The notes beneath the pieces were generated by a model. It was not told the origin of the DNA and searched no databases. It worked only from the letters and a program-made list of their open reading frames with translations. Position numbers and translations under genes: made by a program. Shown here piece after piece: positions 19,254-29,364 of a DNA stretch of 64,000 bases; within the stretch, counting starts at the first letter, position 1; the number at the start of each line of letters is the position of its first letter. This DNA comes from Promethearchaeota archaeon (GTDB lineage Archaea; Asgardarchaeota; Lokiarchaeia; Sigyniarchaeales; SOKP01). The DNA is taken from NCBI GenBank assembly GCA_016840165.1, contig JAEOSU010000076.1, positions 98,664 through 162,663 of the forward strand, written 5' to 3'.

Positions 19254-20266
19254 TAATTCTCATTTAAAATTTCAATTTTAGCTCCAAAATTATTTGGTTT
19301 ACAAATATAAATATGACCTCCAAATCCGCTTATCAGTTTTTGAACTTCTTTCAACAGAAGATGAGCCTCTTCATCTGATTCAGTTATTGCAACAACACTA
19401 GGGCCGAATGATGACATTCCATAAGCTTTCAGCCCAAGATGCTCAAAAAAATTCAAAATTTTCTTTACTATGTCATGTTGAAGATCAATTTCAATTTTTT
19501 TAAATCCAATAGATTGAATTCTTTTTAATCCTTCACCAAAACAAATAATATCCTTTTTGAGAATTCCAGGAATAATTTTCATTAATATTTGATGTGATAC
19601 TTCATTAACTTCATTTTTTGGAATTGGTGCATGTTTATGGAATATGCTTACTTCCTCATCACCATAAGCTCCCTTTTTCACATTAGGAATCACTAAAACA
19701 AAACGCCAATGTTCCGGAATAGGATGTCTAAATATTGTAAGAGCTGGGTCTGCAGAAGTGGAAGCAGAGGATGGTAGATAGGTCTCTTTTTCCTTTCCAA
19801 GACCAAAATCATGTCCCGCATCAACGATGAATCCACCGCTCTCAAAACCTCTCCAACCTATACCGGAAGTACCTCCCCGTTCCATAAGTTTAGTTAATTT
19901 TTTTATTGATATGTTATTAATTTGCTTTAATTTCATAATAGCTGTGGCAATAGCTAATGATAATTGAGTTTTAGAGCCTAATCCAACATGGCTTGGATAA
20001 TATCGTTTCAGAGAAAAATGAAAATTTTTATTACTAATATTAAATGTTTTAAACACTTTCGAAGCTTTTTCATTAATGACTTCTATGGATTCCCTGTAAT
20101 ATTTATGAGCTTCTATCTTGAACTCTTCAGCATGATTTGAAGCTTCGAATACAACATTAGGTCTATCAAGCATTAATCCAATCCCGCCATCGATTCTATT
20201 TGTATAGCCATTCTCATCTATTAAGGAAAGATGTATCCGACAAGGAGTGGTTATGCGAATTTTCAT
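19253..20266 (-). CDS. mptG: beta-ribofuranosylaminobenzene 5'-phosphate (RFAP) synthase, GHMP fold
   Basis: TPCRIH..LID....RIDGGIG, HVGLGSKTQ, RGGTSGIG..GF..GGF..DAGH, GMSSFGP. Confidence 0.9.
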   Translation of the reverse strand: MKIRITTPCRIHLSLIDENGYTNRIDGGIGLMLDRPNVVFEASNHAEEFKIEAHKYYRESIEVINEKASKVFKTFNISNKNFHFSLKRYYPSHVGLGSKTQLSLAIATAIMKLKQINNISIKKLTKLMERGGTSGIGWRGFESGGFIVDAGHDFGLGKEKETYLPSSASTSADPALTIFRHPIPEHWRFVLVIPNVKKGAYGDEEVSIFHKHAPIPKNEVNEVSHQILMKIIPGILKKDIICFGEGLKRIQSIGFKKIEIDLQHDIVKKILNFFEHLGLKAYGMSSFGPSVVAITESDEEAHLLLKEVQKLISGFGGHIYICKPNNFGAKIEILNEN

Positions 20267-20459
20267 ACTAATGATACTGAGATATTTTTGAAGCTAAGAT
20301 TAAGAATTTTTACAATAATTTAAAGTTAATATTTCAACTTTTTTCAAGAGTATAATTATTATGAAATTTTCAAAAAGAAACAAATTATAAAAAAAAAGAA
20401 TCTTATTTTTTATCTAATAAGTGAGATATTCAGGCTTATAGACACTTTTGTCATAGATT

Positions 20460-20831
20460 ATGATAGATATTTTTATTGTTGAAGATGATAGTTCATTGAG
20501 AATGCTTTATGAGAAAGCTCTCGCATTAAATGGATATAATATTCTTGGTTCTGCAAGAGATGGTCAAGAAGCAGTCCAAATGTATCAAGCATTTAAAAAT
20601 AAACCTGATATTATCATAATGGACCATCGAATGCCTATAAAAAATGGTATTCAAGCAACTAAAGAAATTTTAAAGAACCCGTCTAAAGTTAAACCAAAAG
20701 TGATTTTTGCAAGTGCAGATAATTCTATTAAAGATATTGCATTAGAGATTGGAGTAAAAAGTTTTAAAACTAAACCATTTACACTTCAGAAACTTTTTGA
20801 TAATATAAAAAAAGTTTTAGTTAATGATTAA
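20460..20831 (+). CDS. Stand-alone response-regulator receiver (CheY-like)
   Basis: VEDD, PDIIIMDHRMP..NG, FASA, KPF. Confidence 0.9.
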   Translation: MIDIFIVEDDSSLRMLYEKALALNGYNILGSARDGQEAVQMYQAFKNKPDIIIMDHRMPIKNGIQATKEILKNPSKVKPKVIFASADNSIKDIALEIGVKSFKTKPFTLQKLFDNIKKVLVND

Positions 20832-20854
20832 AAATAAAAAAAAAATAAAAAAAA

Positions 20855-21895
20855 TTATTTATACTTCTGTATTTTAATAATTCGATAAATATCCTCTATC
20901 GAAGTTAAGCCAGCGATTACAGCAACCAAAATCATCAAATTACTTAAGAGATCATAAAAATCAACGCTAACTCCCTCGTTTATCCACAGACCAGAAATTT
21001 CGTCATGGTAGAACCATGGAAAAATTTGAGGATTTTGAGCTAAAAAGATAATAAGTGGGATTCCCGCGAATTTTAGAATAATTTTTACTCCATGTATTAT
21101 TTGATGGATGGAAGGTTTATAATTTCCGATAATTCCTCTGGAGATATCTAAGGAAGCTTCTATAGTTAGCAACACACCAAATATTCGAATAATGAGACTA
21201 AACAAGGGATCAAGTAACCCTATGAAAATTGGTTGAGTTATGAAGAAGATCCCTGCTATTAAACCTATTCCACCAGCAATAATCTCTTCCAGTGGTTTAA
21301 TAAAAGGCTTAAGTGGTTTACCAGTTCTTTTCGAAACGGGGTATCCCTCCTCACGAGCTTTCTCCTTAAGTATTTTTTCCTTTTCCAATTCCTTTTTCGA
21401 TTTAAAGTCTTCGGGAAAGTATCCTTCCATTGAAAGCACTACGAAAATAATACTAATGACAGAAAAAGAACCTAAGAGCCCTAGTTGAATCCCTGATACA
21501 AGATTTCCAATTATAGTCCCAAAAGACGGATTTTCGAAAATGATATTAACAAGCATAGCTATAACATTTAATATAATTATTACGGCAAATACAATTGTTA
21601 ATACTCGAAGGTAGAGGGGCCACATTTCCTTAGTGATATAAATATGAGGAGTACCACGTCTTTTATATTCTTTTGCAATAGTTTTTGGAGTACCCATGTG
21701 TTCAATAGCGTCATGGATCGACTTTAATGTAATCTCTCCCGTATTTGATAATTCTCTGGCTTTTTCCCGCAAGTGGTCTTCCAGATCGGCTAAAATTTCC
21801 TTATGCTCTTTCTTTTCTTTTAACCACTCAGGAAGAGCTTTTTTTACTTCCTTAAGATATTCTTTTATTATATTTTCACTTTCTGTATTACTCAT
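20855..21895 (-). CDS. Membrane protein with N-terminal HAAS-like domain
   Basis: YLKEVKKALP...EILADLEDHL...AIEHMGTPKTIAKEY followed by ~6 TM helices; overlaps the PadR gene. Confidence 0.75.
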   Translation of the reverse strand: MSNTESENIIKEYLKEVKKALPEWLKEKKEHKEILADLEDHLREKARELSNTGEITLKSIHDAIEHMGTPKTIAKEYKRRGTPHIYITKEMWPLYLRVLTIVFAVIIILNVIAMLVNIIFENPSFGTIIGNLVSGIQLGLLGSFSVISIIFVVLSMEGYFPEDFKSKKELEKEKILKEKAREEGYPVSKRTGKPLKPFIKPLEEIIAGGIGLIAGIFFITQPIFIGLLDPLFSLIIRIFGVLLTIEASLDISRGIIGNYKPSIHQIIHGVKIILKFAGIPLIIFLAQNPQIFPWFYHDEISGLWINEGVSVDFYDLLSNLMILVAVIAGLTSIEDIYRIIKIQKYK

Positions 21896-22409
21896 CTAAA
21901 AAACCTCTTGATTTTAATTCTAGATCAATCTGATGTCCACATACATCACAAAAACTAATATCTTTAACAGACAAATCGATTTTGTTAGCGCAGTTAGGAC
22001 AATAAAAGTATTGATCTTTTTTAAGTTTCACATTTACATCGAATAATGGTGCAATCGCTTCAGTAAGTTTTGAAAAGAATCCAGATAAGAAATTAAAAAC
22101 TTTTTTTCCTTTTTCCGTAATAAAATAAAACTTTCTTCTTCTCCCGATATTTTCTCGTTCCGATTTTATCAACTCATCTTCTTCTAGTTTTCTTAAAATA
22201 GGATAAAGAGTACCCTCTTCAATGATTAAAATTTCATTAGTTTGTTCTTGCAAATCTTTAGAAATCTGATATCCATGTACTCCCTCGTCACCATATCGCT
22301 TGATTATTGACAGGATACATAATGTTGAGATTCCACGATTGATCTCAGATTCGAATTTTGATGCATAATCAATAAATTCAGGATCAAATCCTTTTACTCG
22401 TTTTATCAT
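21888..22409 (-). CDS. PadR-family regulator with C-terminal zinc ribbon
   Basis: HGYQI...EGTLYPILRKLE...RRKFYFITEKG; CPNC...CDVC tail. Confidence 0.88.
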   Translation of the reverse strand: MIKRVKGFDPEFIDYASKFESEINRGISTLCILSIIKRYGDEGVHGYQISKDLQEQTNEILIIEEGTLYPILRKLEEDELIKSERENIGRRRKFYFITEKGKKVFNFLSGFFSKLTEAIAPLFDVNVKLKKDQYFYCPNCANKIDLSVKDISFCDVCGHQIDLELKSRGFLDE

Positions 22410-22452
22410 TTTTTTTTCCTTCTTCTACTGTTTTTCTTTGATTTAAATGTGA

Positions 22453-22487
22453 ATAGTATCTTTTCGATACTATGCTATGTATAGTAT
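22453..22487. promoter_or_regulatory. Two overlapping palindromes, probable PadR operator
   Basis: ATAGTATC-N5-GATACTAT (22453-22473) and ATACTAT-N7-ATAGTAT (22467-22487), just downstream of a minus-strand TTTAAATA box (22506-22499). Confidence 0.6.
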
Positions 22488-22577
22488 GGGATGAATCATA
22501 TTTAAATCTTTGGATCCTTATTATTTTTTAAACTAAGATTTATTTTATTTTAGTCGTTATAATTCCTTAGAGATTTT

Positions 22578-23396
22578 ATGGAGTTATCTATTATACTTAG
22601 GAATAAGCTTGATTTGTTAATCTCATTTCTAAATAATAAGAAAATCATTGTTGCTTTCTCTGGTGGAGTAGATAGTAGCTTATTAGCTTATCTTTCTAAT
22701 CAGTATACTAAGGAAACGTTATTAATAACAGTAAAATCGTTACTCAACCCCAGTGAGGAGATTGAAGAAGCAAAGTTGTTTGCGAAAAAATATAACATTC
22801 CTCATCAAGAAATAGTAGTAAATCTATTAGATAACGAGGATTTCGTAAATAATTACAAAGATAGGTGTTATATCTGCAAAAAGGAATTATTTGGGAAATT
22901 TGTTGAAATTAAGCAAAATAAAAACTTTAATCTAATAATCGATGGTTCTAATGCAGATGATAAAGAAGATTTCAGACCTGGGATTAAAGCTTTAGAAGAA
23001 TTAGATATCAAATCTCCATATATCTTATTTGATATAACTAAACAAGAAATTAGAGATTTAAGTCAACATTTTAATCTAAAAACATATTCAAAACCCTCGG
23101 GTGCGTGTTTTGCATCTAGAATTCCTTATTCTCAAAAAATTACTGAAAGTAAAATTCAAATGATTCGGGAAGCAGAAAGTTATTTGAAAAGACGACTTGG
23201 TATTAATCAATTAAGAGTTAGATATCATGAGGATCGATTAGCAAGAATTGAATTGCCTCCTAATAGAATTTCAGAAGTTCTAAATCAAAAAAGTTTAATG
23301 GAAATTAAAAGCAGATTTAAGGAATTAGGATTTGTGTATATCACTATTGATATTGAAGGATTTCGATCTGGTTCCTTAAATGAAATCTTAAACTAA
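22578..23396 (+). CDS. larE: ATP-dependent sacrificial sulfur transferase LarE family
   Basis: AFSGGVDS, RCYICK, DGSN.DD..DFRPG, KPSGACFASRIPY, LRVR, GFRSGSLN. Confidence 0.9.
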   Translation: MELSIILRNKLDLLISFLNNKKIIVAFSGGVDSSLLAYLSNQYTKETLLITVKSLLNPSEEIEEAKLFAKKYNIPHQEIVVNLLDNEDFVNNYKDRCYICKKELFGKFVEIKQNKNFNLIIDGSNADDKEDFRPGIKALEELDIKSPYILFDITKQEIRDLSQHFNLKTYSKPSGACFASRIPYSQKITESKIQMIREAESYLKRRLGINQLRVRYHEDRLARIELPPNRISEVLNQKSLMEIKSRFKELGFVYITIDIEGFRSGSLNEILN

Positions 23397-24770
23397 CTGT
23401 TCTGATTTAATGTATTTTAAGATCTCTTTCCTTTTATTTAAAGCTTGCTTAGCAGCTTCTTCTATGTCTTTTTTCATTTTTTCGACCATAGTAGGAGTTT
23501 CCTCGCCTATTTCTTGTTTAATTTTTGTATAAGCTGATTCACGAAACCGTGGTAATAGTTCTTTTTTACGATTACCTTTAAAAATCATTGAAACTTGTTT
23601 TGAATAATCTACATATCCAATTTCAGCACAATCAATACTTTTTTTTTTTAAATCGTGGATAATTTCTTTGGAATATCTTTCAGGGCAATAAATGAGGAGA
23701 GCATCCAGAGAAACACCAAGATAATCAACTCCCACTGCATCTAACATCTTTAAAACCTTCGAATTGACTAATTTTCTTATACGCTCTTCATAAATTGTCA
23801 CCCCACAATTCGCTTCAAAATTAATTTCCCAAAGATCCCCTCTCAAACCACCATTAGTAACATCACACATAGCATGAACTTCATTTATATAGTCTGAGTT
23901 CAAAATTATTTCGCATGCTTTCAAGAATTTAATATTCATAGTTTCCTTAACAACATCATGATTCCCAGAATAAATAGCGGTTGTTGATATTGTGCCTCCA
24001 CCTGCTCCTTCTGTAAGAATTATTTTATCTCCAGGTTCGATATTCCTTCGGGCTAGAAGATGATCAGTGATTCCTACTGCTGAAACTCCACCAACTAGTC
24101 TATCTCCTATAACCATATCACCTCCTATTCTTAATGTAGATCCCGCGGTTATAGGAACCTCTGCTAGCTCTGAAATAGTAGAAATTCCTGCCATAAAATC
24201 GAATAGTTTTCCCACATCAGCATCATCTCCTAAATGTACGTCTACCATGAGTGAGAGAGGTTTTGCTCCTTTTACATAGAGATCGCGCAAACATGCTCTT
24301 GCAACATGAAATCCACATATAAATGGGAAATCACTTAGTCGACTATGAATGCCCTCCATTTTGGATGCAATTATTATTTCTTCTTTATTATTTATTTCTA
24401 TTTTAACCGCCCCCGCATCATCAAGAGAGCTGGGTGATAAGAAAGCTTTTTTATCTGTTTCAGAGAGTTCTGCGACTAATTTATGAACAAAAAAATCACC
24501 AGCACCTCGACAACCAACGCCTTGATTTCCAACGGAAACGTTAGCATTGTTAATAGATAATAAATTTTTTATAAAAGAAGCTGAAAGTTTAGAAATATCA
24601 CTTTTTATACATTCTTCGTATACGGCATTTGCTAATCGATTAGCATTATTTATATCTATGTCCTTAAAATCAAGATATTCTTGAACTAATCTTTGTATAA
24701 TTTCTTGTTTGGTTTTTCCTTTTTCGATTAATTTTCTTGTTAAACCTTCTAAATCACTCAATTTATTCAC
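23388..24770 (-). CDS. AIR-synthase-related (PurM/HypE/SelD fold) protein of unknown function
   Basis: GVGCRGAGDFFVH, DDAG, GIHSRLS, GSTLRIGGDMV, DVTNGG.RGD, FRESAYT. Confidence 0.8.
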   Translation of the reverse strand: MNKLSDLEGLTRKLIEKGKTKQEIIQRLVQEYLDFKDIDINNANRLANAVYEECIKSDISKLSASFIKNLLSINNANVSVGNQGVGCRGAGDFFVHKLVAELSETDKKAFLSPSSLDDAGAVKIEINNKEEIIIASKMEGIHSRLSDFPFICGFHVARACLRDLYVKGAKPLSLMVDVHLGDDADVGKLFDFMAGISTISELAEVPITAGSTLRIGGDMVIGDRLVGGVSAVGITDHLLARRNIEPGDKIILTEGAGGGTISTTAIYSGNHDVVKETMNIKFLKACEIILNSDYINEVHAMCDVTNGGLRGDLWEINFEANCGVTIYEERIRKLVNSKVLKMLDAVGVDYLGVSLDALLIYCPERYSKEIIHDLKKKSIDCAEIGYVDYSKQVSMIFKGNRKKELLPRFRESAYTKIKQEIGEETPTMVEKMKKDIEEAAKQALNKRKEILKYIKSEQLV

Positions 24771-24882
24771 TTTTTGTATTTAATTTCTCTAATAAGAATT
24801 TCTCATATCATTTATAGAATTTTCATAAAAAAAAATAGTTTATTAGAAATAAAAAAAAATTGAAAGTCTAAATTGACTGACT

Positions 24883-25608
24883 TTACATTTTTTCTTTTCT
24901 AAGTTTCTGTAGGATAATAATTGATAATGGTATTAACCATAGGAAGGCTGCAAAAAGCATCATCCATTCAAGAAAAGGTAACGTCGTTGAGGGTGGAGGA
25001 AATACAAATAGAATTGCCGCTGTGGGTGGCCCAACTATCATATACGCGCCTAAAAATCTTGGATAAATGGACTTCTTAAACAATATCGCAATACCATTAA
25101 AGAGTGCACCCGTTGCTAATCCAGCAAATACTATAATGGAGAAAATATAATGGAGCCCCAATTCGGTGGATCTGTCTTCGCTAAACAATCCAATACCAAA
25201 TAAGCCGATAGCTGCGATTATAAGACATACTAAGCCCAGAATTATATTAATTAAAACAAAAAAATTGAAGATTCTTTTCGAAAATGGATTAGTTGAATCA
25301 AATACTACTTCTTTTTTACCAGCTATTAATTTTTTATAAGAATAGAGAAAAATTGGAACAAGAAAAAAAGCAGTAATCATAGCAATACTATCTAAGATAA
25401 ATGGAGTTGGAGTATAACGAAAAGACCCTAAATCACTAATATAATTGTCAATTATGTTATATCCTTCTGGACCAAAAAATACAGCGATAAGAGCACCAAT
25501 TAAAAGCCCACCTAAAAAGAGTAAATTACTCACATAGATACAGATCTTAATAACTCTTGGCTGGACAATTTTGTTAAAGATAACATATTTTGAATTACCA
25601 TCATTCAT
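24883..25608 (-). CDS. DUF998-like membrane protein
   Basis: YNIIDNYISDLG, GIGLFSED..H, EW motif; ~6 TM helices. Confidence 0.7.
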   Translation of the reverse strand: MNDGNSKYVIFNKIVQPRVIKICIYVSNLLFLGGLLIGALIAVFFGPEGYNIIDNYISDLGSFRYTPTPFILDSIAMITAFFLVPIFLYSYKKLIAGKKEVVFDSTNPFSKRIFNFFVLINIILGLVCLIIAAIGLFGIGLFSEDRSTELGLHYIFSIIVFAGLATGALFNGIAILFKKSIYPRFLGAYMIVGPPTAAILFVFPPPSTTLPFLEWMMLFAAFLWLIPLSIIILQKLRKEKM

Positions 25609-25665
25609 GTTATTCTTTAATATAACAATTACTTAAAAGTTAAGGAAAAAAAAGGTAAAAAAAAG

Positions 25666-26886
25666 TTAATATTCTTTCTTTATTTTGGACAATTTATAGA
25701 CTTTATAGTAATTCCCAATCATTCCTCCAATGGTTCCTATGATGATTAGAATTATTACCCAGAAGTAGATAATAAACTTTATATCTGTTATGTCATTAGG
25801 AATTGAGGCAATAATGCCACCAGAGAACACATCAATCGGGAAGATTTCAGGGTGTTGTAAAAGGAATAGTAACAATGGTATATAGGTAATATCATAGAGC
25901 GTAGTGATTACAATGAGAACTTGTTGACCAGTATGATTTGAAACACCCACAGCTAAACGGATAAGACATAAGAGTCCATTAACAAAAACTAATAATCCAA
26001 AAATCGTTAACCATTCCAGGAATTCTGTATTGAAAAGACCAAGTATGGAAAATGGTTGTAAAATTAAGATTAATCCAAAAATGATTCCCCCAACCGCTCC
26101 AAAGATCAATTCTCCTAAATTAACTGGTTCCTTTTTTTTGAGAGCGCGTTTTGCTTTTGCTTGAGCTAATTTCTCTTTCCTTAAGAGCTTGGCTTCAGCC
26201 ATTTTTTGCTTGCGAACATATTTTGCTTCTTCTAATCTTTCTGCTCGTATTTCACGTTTAGCTTTTACTTCGGCTAATTTCTCATCACGTAGAATTTTAG
26301 CCTCTTCTAATGTTTGTTTTGTATATTCTTTAGCTTCTTCCATTTCTTCTTCTGTAAGGTGAAATGGAAAAATTAGTTCTAACCTTTTGGGTATAATACC
26401 AAAATCTTCCGGCAAAAAACCTTCATGAGAAAAGTATACAAAAGCAATGGTGATCACTACAGCAGATATCAAACAACCAATCCAAATCCCAGAAAATGCA
26501 CTTCCTAAAATTTCCCACCAAGGAGTTATAAAAACTTGAAAAACCGCGACAACGATATTAATCAGCACAATTATCCCCCAAAAGAAAAATAACGAACGGA
26601 GATAAAATTCAAACAACTCTTCAGTTATAAAATATTTAGGTGTTCCCCTTCGTTTGTAGAGTTTTGCAATACTTTCTGGAGTACCCATTCGATCAATGGC
26701 CTCTTGGAAGTCTTTATTAGTTGGCTCACTTCCTGAAGCTATAAGTTTTGCTTCATTGATGACTTGAGACGCTAAATCATCTAAAATATGTTGTAATTGT
26801 TCCTCCTTCCATTTAAGCCATTCGGGCATTTTTTTCTTTACTCGATCTATATAGTCCTTTAAAATTTCATTATTTGGAACACTCAT
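25666..26886 (-). CDS. HAAS-domain membrane protein with coiled-coil repeat insert (paralog of 20855-21895)
   Basis: Shares MPEWLK, MGTP..IAK.YKRRGTP, S.EG..PEDF with the first paralog. Confidence 0.75.
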   Translation of the reverse strand: MSVPNNEILKDYIDRVKKKMPEWLKWKEEQLQHILDDLASQVINEAKLIASGSEPTNKDFQEAIDRMGTPESIAKLYKRRGTPKYFITEELFEFYLRSLFFFWGIIVLINIVVAVFQVFITPWWEILGSAFSGIWIGCLISAVVITIAFVYFSHEGFLPEDFGIIPKRLELIFPFHLTEEEMEEAKEYTKQTLEEAKILRDEKLAEVKAKREIRAERLEEAKYVRKQKMAEAKLLRKEKLAQAKAKRALKKKEPVNLGELIFGAVGGIIFGLILILQPFSILGLFNTEFLEWLTIFGLLVFVNGLLCLIRLAVGVSNHTGQQVLIVITTLYDITYIPLLLFLLQHPEIFPIDVFSGGIIASIPNDITDIKFIIYFWVIILIIIGTIGGMIGNYYKVYKLSKIKKEY

Positions 26887-26989
26887 TTTTATTCACATAT
26901 TTGATTTAATTTATCTAAAATATTTATTTTAATAAAAGCTAATCATTATCAGTTATTAAAAAAAATGGAGACCAATTTTCATTATCAAT

Positions 26990-28468
26990 TTGAATAAAAA
27001 AATAAGAAGTTTATTTTTATCTAATAAAGGAAAGGATATGAAAGAAAAAAGTAGCTTCCGTGCAAAAGAAAGAGGTAAACGGAGAGCATTTGGGACACAT
27101 ATGACATCTATTGAGATTTTCCTTGAATTCATCTTTCCTGAAATTGAAAATGAACTAGAAGGCTACATTTGGGTTGATCTTTATGCTGGGGAGGGAAATT
27201 TAATATTACCTATATTAAATCATATAAATATTGAAAAGAGAGAGGGTTTTTTTCGAAAAAACATCTTTTTATTTGATATTCAAAAGAAAATGGTACAAAA
27301 ATGCATTCACAACGCAATATCATATGGTATTTCTGAATCTGTGGCAAAAAATAATATTAAAGTGCGTGATAATCTTGAAAGTTTCCCTGAATTTCTAAAA
27401 TCATTAAAGAAGCCAATCTATCATATTACGAATCCACCGTATCTTTATTTAGGATATATTAGTAAACATAAATCAACAAAACCTTTTTTGAGATATTTCA
27501 AAGATGAGAATACTGGATACCAAGACTTATACCAAATAGCCATGATTAACGATCTAAGGAACAATATTAAAGATCTTATTTATATTATTCCCACTAACTT
27601 CTTATATGGTGCTTCTGTCTCCAATAAATTCCGTATAGATTTTTTAAAGTACTACAATATTCGTCAAATGATAATCTTTGAGACGAAAATGTTTAAGTTT
27701 ACAGGTACAAATATTTGTTTTGGTTTTTTTGAAAGGAAAAAGAATCCTAAACATGAGGTCAATAGATTTGTTGGAACAAAAATTTATCCAAATAATCACA
27801 TTTTAGAGAAAAAGTATAATTTATACCCCGATTATAAATACCGTGCTGGTTCTGAATTCGAAGCTTTCCTTAAAAAATTCAAATTAAGGCATCCTTTAAA
27901 AGTAAGATATTATTTATTAGCTGTTGATGTCCATCAGAATTTGGGTAAAAATGAAATTAACCTATTGAATGCAAATAAATACAAAAATGGTAAGTATGAA
28001 AGAGTAGCTTTTAGTGTTAATCCTGACTTGTATCATAAAATTAAATCGAATATACTATATGTAAGAACAGTAGATACTGGTTCGAATAATGGAAGGGTTG
28101 GATTGAATATTATAAAGGAAGATTTTAAAGTTGATGGTATTTATGTCTCTGGTAATACATATCGTACCCATCCCATTCAAATCTTTTTAACACCGGAGCA
28201 ATCTATCAAAGACCAAATGCTATTAAGAAAATATTTCAATTTTGTATTAGAAGCATTTAGACATAAATTAGATAGTGAATTTTTGACCACCTATAAATAT
28301 TCTAATGCTTCCTATACTAGAAAATATTTAGGATTAAGTCAGGTTAGAAAGCTAATTGAAACGTTTCCATTCAATATAAGAGAATCTGAGAAGATAAGTC
28401 TGAATAAAATTATTAATGAGAAAAAATTCACGGAGCTAATGCATTTTTTAAATAGTATAAACTCTTGA
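26990..28468 (+). CDS. Amino (N6-adenine-type) DNA methyltransferase, orphan
   Basis: Motif I DLYAGEG, motif IV ITNPPY, DLYQ, YIIP.NF; real start may be the ATG at 27038. Confidence 0.75.
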   Translation: MNKKIRSLFLSNKGKDMKEKSSFRAKERGKRRAFGTHMTSIEIFLEFIFPEIENELEGYIWVDLYAGEGNLILPILNHINIEKREGFFRKNIFLFDIQKKMVQKCIHNAISYGISESVAKNNIKVRDNLESFPEFLKSLKKPIYHITNPPYLYLGYISKHKSTKPFLRYFKDENTGYQDLYQIAMINDLRNNIKDLIYIIPTNFLYGASVSNKFRIDFLKYYNIRQMIIFETKMFKFTGTNICFGFFERKKNPKHEVNRFVGTKIYPNNHILEKKYNLYPDYKYRAGSEFEAFLKKFKLRHPLKVRYYLLAVDVHQNLGKNEINLLNANKYKNGKYERVAFSVNPDLYHKIKSNILYVRTVDTGSNNGRVGLNIIKEDFKVDGIYVSGNTYRTHPIQIFLTPEQSIKDQMLLRKYFNFVLEAFRHKLDSEFLTTYKYSNASYTRKYLGLSQVRKLIETFPFNIRESEKISLNKIINEKKFTELMHFLNSINS

Positions 28469-28471
28469 ATT

Positions 28472-29344
28472 TTAAATACTAGCAAATAGAAATGCTACTA
28501 AGCCCAAAAAAGCTCCAATTTTTAGGAAAAGGCTGATTCGCTTAAAATCTCTCTTAGTTTGTTCCTTTTTAAACATGAGTATTATAACATATCCAACATC
28601 AATTAATCCAAAAGTCATAGGGAAAAAAAAATAGGCAGGACTAATAATGGGGGTATAAAAAGTTAAAATAAAAAATATTATGGCAAATATAGCAAAGAGC
28701 ATTGAAATGTACTTTGACTTTTTTATACCGATCTTAATAGCTAAGGTTTTTACTCCCAACTGTTTGTCTCCTTCAAGATCCTCACATCCCTTTATAACCT
28801 CACGAGATAATAGGAGAAAAAATGAAGTGAAGAAAAAATAGTATATATATATCGGGATAATTGAACTATTAAGAATCGCTCCATATATCAAACCAATCGA
28901 AAAGGATATACTAACAATAATATTTCCGAGAAAACCACTTTTTTTGCCCCATTTAGCATATACCCATCCAATTAACCCAAAAAAAGCTGCGATAATTATA
29001 TTTGATAAACCTAGTATATTTAATGTACTATTAAACACACTAGCTGTGAGCCCTAATATTAAATAAATAACGAATAGGATCTGTGCTTGAGTTATAGTTA
29101 TTGAACCTCGTGGGATTGGTCTTTGAGGCCTATTAATTAAATCAATTTCAATATCATAGATATCATTGATAACCATTCCCGAACCTGCGATAAAAACATA
29201 AGCTAAGATTCCTAAAATAATATTTACAAGGAACTTTTCGGGTAAAATACCAGTACGTGTATTTAATAATCCAATAATTACAGTAAGAGAGCCCATTAAA
29301 CAATTTACAGGTCGTAAAATTTCAATAGCATCCTTAATTTTCAT
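28472..29344 (-). CDS. Digeranylgeranylglyceryl phosphate synthase (UbiA family)
   Basis: RPVN, NDIYDIEID.INRP.RPIPRG, REVIKGCED.EGD...G.KTL. Confidence 0.88.
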   Translation of the reverse strand: MKIKDAIEILRPVNCLMGSLTVIIGLLNTRTGILPEKFLVNIILGILAYVFIAGSGMVINDIYDIEIDLINRPQRPIPRGSITITQAQILFVIYLILGLTASVFNSTLNILGLSNIIIAAFFGLIGWVYAKWGKKSGFLGNIIVSISFSIGLIYGAILNSSIIPIYIYYFFFTSFFLLLSREVIKGCEDLEGDKQLGVKTLAIKIGIKKSKYISMLFAIFAIIFFILTFYTPIISPAYFFFPMTFGLIDVGYVIILMFKKEQTKRDFKRISLFLKIGAFLGLVAFLFASI

Positions 29345-29364
29345 AAAAACTTCTCTGAATTGGA

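Noticed and set aside
22578-24770. LarE next to an AIR-synthase-like gene as a possible cofactor-maturation pair
   Set aside because: The genes are convergent, and no larA/larB/larC is in the window.
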